Made by a program: the position numbers and the translations under genes
The notes under the pieces: generated by a model
The model's input: the letters and a program-made list of their open reading frames with translations, nothing else
Told to the model about the DNA's origin: nothing
The model's database searches: none
Virus record (IMG/VR): IMGVR_UViG_3300037483_000793
Location: 1 to 64,000 of that record
Length of the DNA: 64,000 bases
Source of the DNA: a virus
Reading direction: 5' to 3' (one strand)
Part shown: piece by piece, positions 63,282 to 64,000 of the stretch
How positions within the stretch are numbered: the first letter of the stretch is position 1
Layout: each line of letters starts with the position of its first letter

Positions 63282-64000
63282 CCGACCGCGACCTCAAGCC
63301 CGTGAAGCCGAACCTGCTCGACGAGGCGATCGCCCGCAACCTCGATCTCGGCGATCGCACGCGTGAGCTGTACCGCGAATGCCTCGCAGACTTCATCGCG
63401 TTCGCGGGGACCGATCCACAGGGCTGGAACTACGGCGCCGTCGAGGACTGGCTCGGCCGCCTGCTGGCGTCCGGTCGCACGGTCGCCTCGCGCAAGCGCG
63501 GCAAGTGCTCGACGCAAACCGTCGGCGTCTACCGCAAGGCGATTCGCTGCGCGAGCCGCCAGTACGCGCGGCGGCAGGGCCGCCAGGAACTCGACTTCGC
63601 GCGTGACATCGGAAAGATCAAGACGAAGCCGAGTGCTGCACGTGAGCCGCTGACGTACGAAGAGGCGGGCAAGCTGCTCGACACGTGCGTGGGCAACATG
63701 CCGGTCAACATCCGCGACCGCGCGCTGATCGTGCTCGCGCTGCGCTCTGGCTTACGTCGCGGCGGGCTGCACGCGCTCAAGATCGAGAACATCCGACCGC
63801 CGAAGATCACGACGCGCAACAAGGGTGGCGATCCGATCACGTTCGAAGCTGACGACGAAACGTTTGCTGTCGTCGGCGAGTGGCTGCAACTGCTCGCGGT
63901 CGCTGGTCACAAGACCGGTTCCGTGTTTCGTGATACGTGGGCTGCGAACGACGGCACGACGCAGATCGGCGAGCCGCTCACACCGTATCAGCTGTGGCGC
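63278..64000 (+). CDS. tyrosine recombinase/integrase (runs off right edge)
   Basis: Manual translation: T...Y...L.DF, PLTYEE...LL, RDRALIVLALRSGLRRG...L, K (NKGG); the C-terminal catalytic residues lie outside the window. Confidence 0.85.
   Translation, partial: MTDRDLKPVKPNLLDEAIARNLDLGDRTRELYRECLADFIAFAGTDPQGWNYGAVEDWLGRLLASGRTVASRKRGKCSTQTVGVYRKAIRCASRQYARRQGRQELDFARDIGKIKTKPSAAREPLTYEEAGKLLDTCVGNMPVNIRDRALIVLALRSGLRRGGLHALKIENIRPPKITTRNKGGDPITFEADDETFAVVGEWLQLLAVAGHKTGSVFRDTWAANDGTTQIGEPLTPYQLWR

Noticed and set aside
1-64000. Stop-codon reassignment implied by a phage release factor
   Set aside because: Conserved genes are intact under code 11, and TGA, TAG and TAA all terminate genes, many with ATGA/GTGA coupling. 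The only in-frame stop interrupting a recognisable gene is the frameshift site.

Overview
GC-rich segment of a large bacteriophage (or phage-like element) genome, probably temperate because a tyrosine recombinase begins at the right edge. No terminase, portal or HK97-type capsid gene is recognisable in the window. Layout: (i) 1-4.5 kb, leftward: thyX (truncated at the edge), a free-standing LAGLIDADG endonuclease and a primase-type helicase. (ii) 4.7-21.9 kb, rightward replication and nucleotide cluster: SNF2 helicase, PD-(D/E)XK exonuclease, AAA_24 ATPase, SSB, class II RNR, HerA-like ATPase, UDG-PolA fusion, DinG, Tmk and a Dam-like methylase. (iii) 22.8-31.9 kb and 56.9-59.1 kb, probable late/virion modules: six very basic small proteins, a GP88-like protein, paralogous beta-rich proteins, membrane-anchored proteins, a lytic transglycosylase and a C39 peptidase. 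(iv) 33-56.8 kb, early-type region: many small orphans, a second SNF2 helicase, a PEP-utiliser His-domain protein and a MoxR/vWA module. Most striking: a domain-1-less, RF1-like (PxT, GGQ) release factor at 55890-56562 is split by an exact prfB-type +1 frameshift cassette (GGAGG-TCA-CTT-TGA-C). Also notable: a genome-wide palindrome GATCGC-N4-GCGATC at promoter regions, a set of apparently leaderless genes, and several structured intergenic RNA candidates. All family calls come from motif recognition by eye; no database searches were run.
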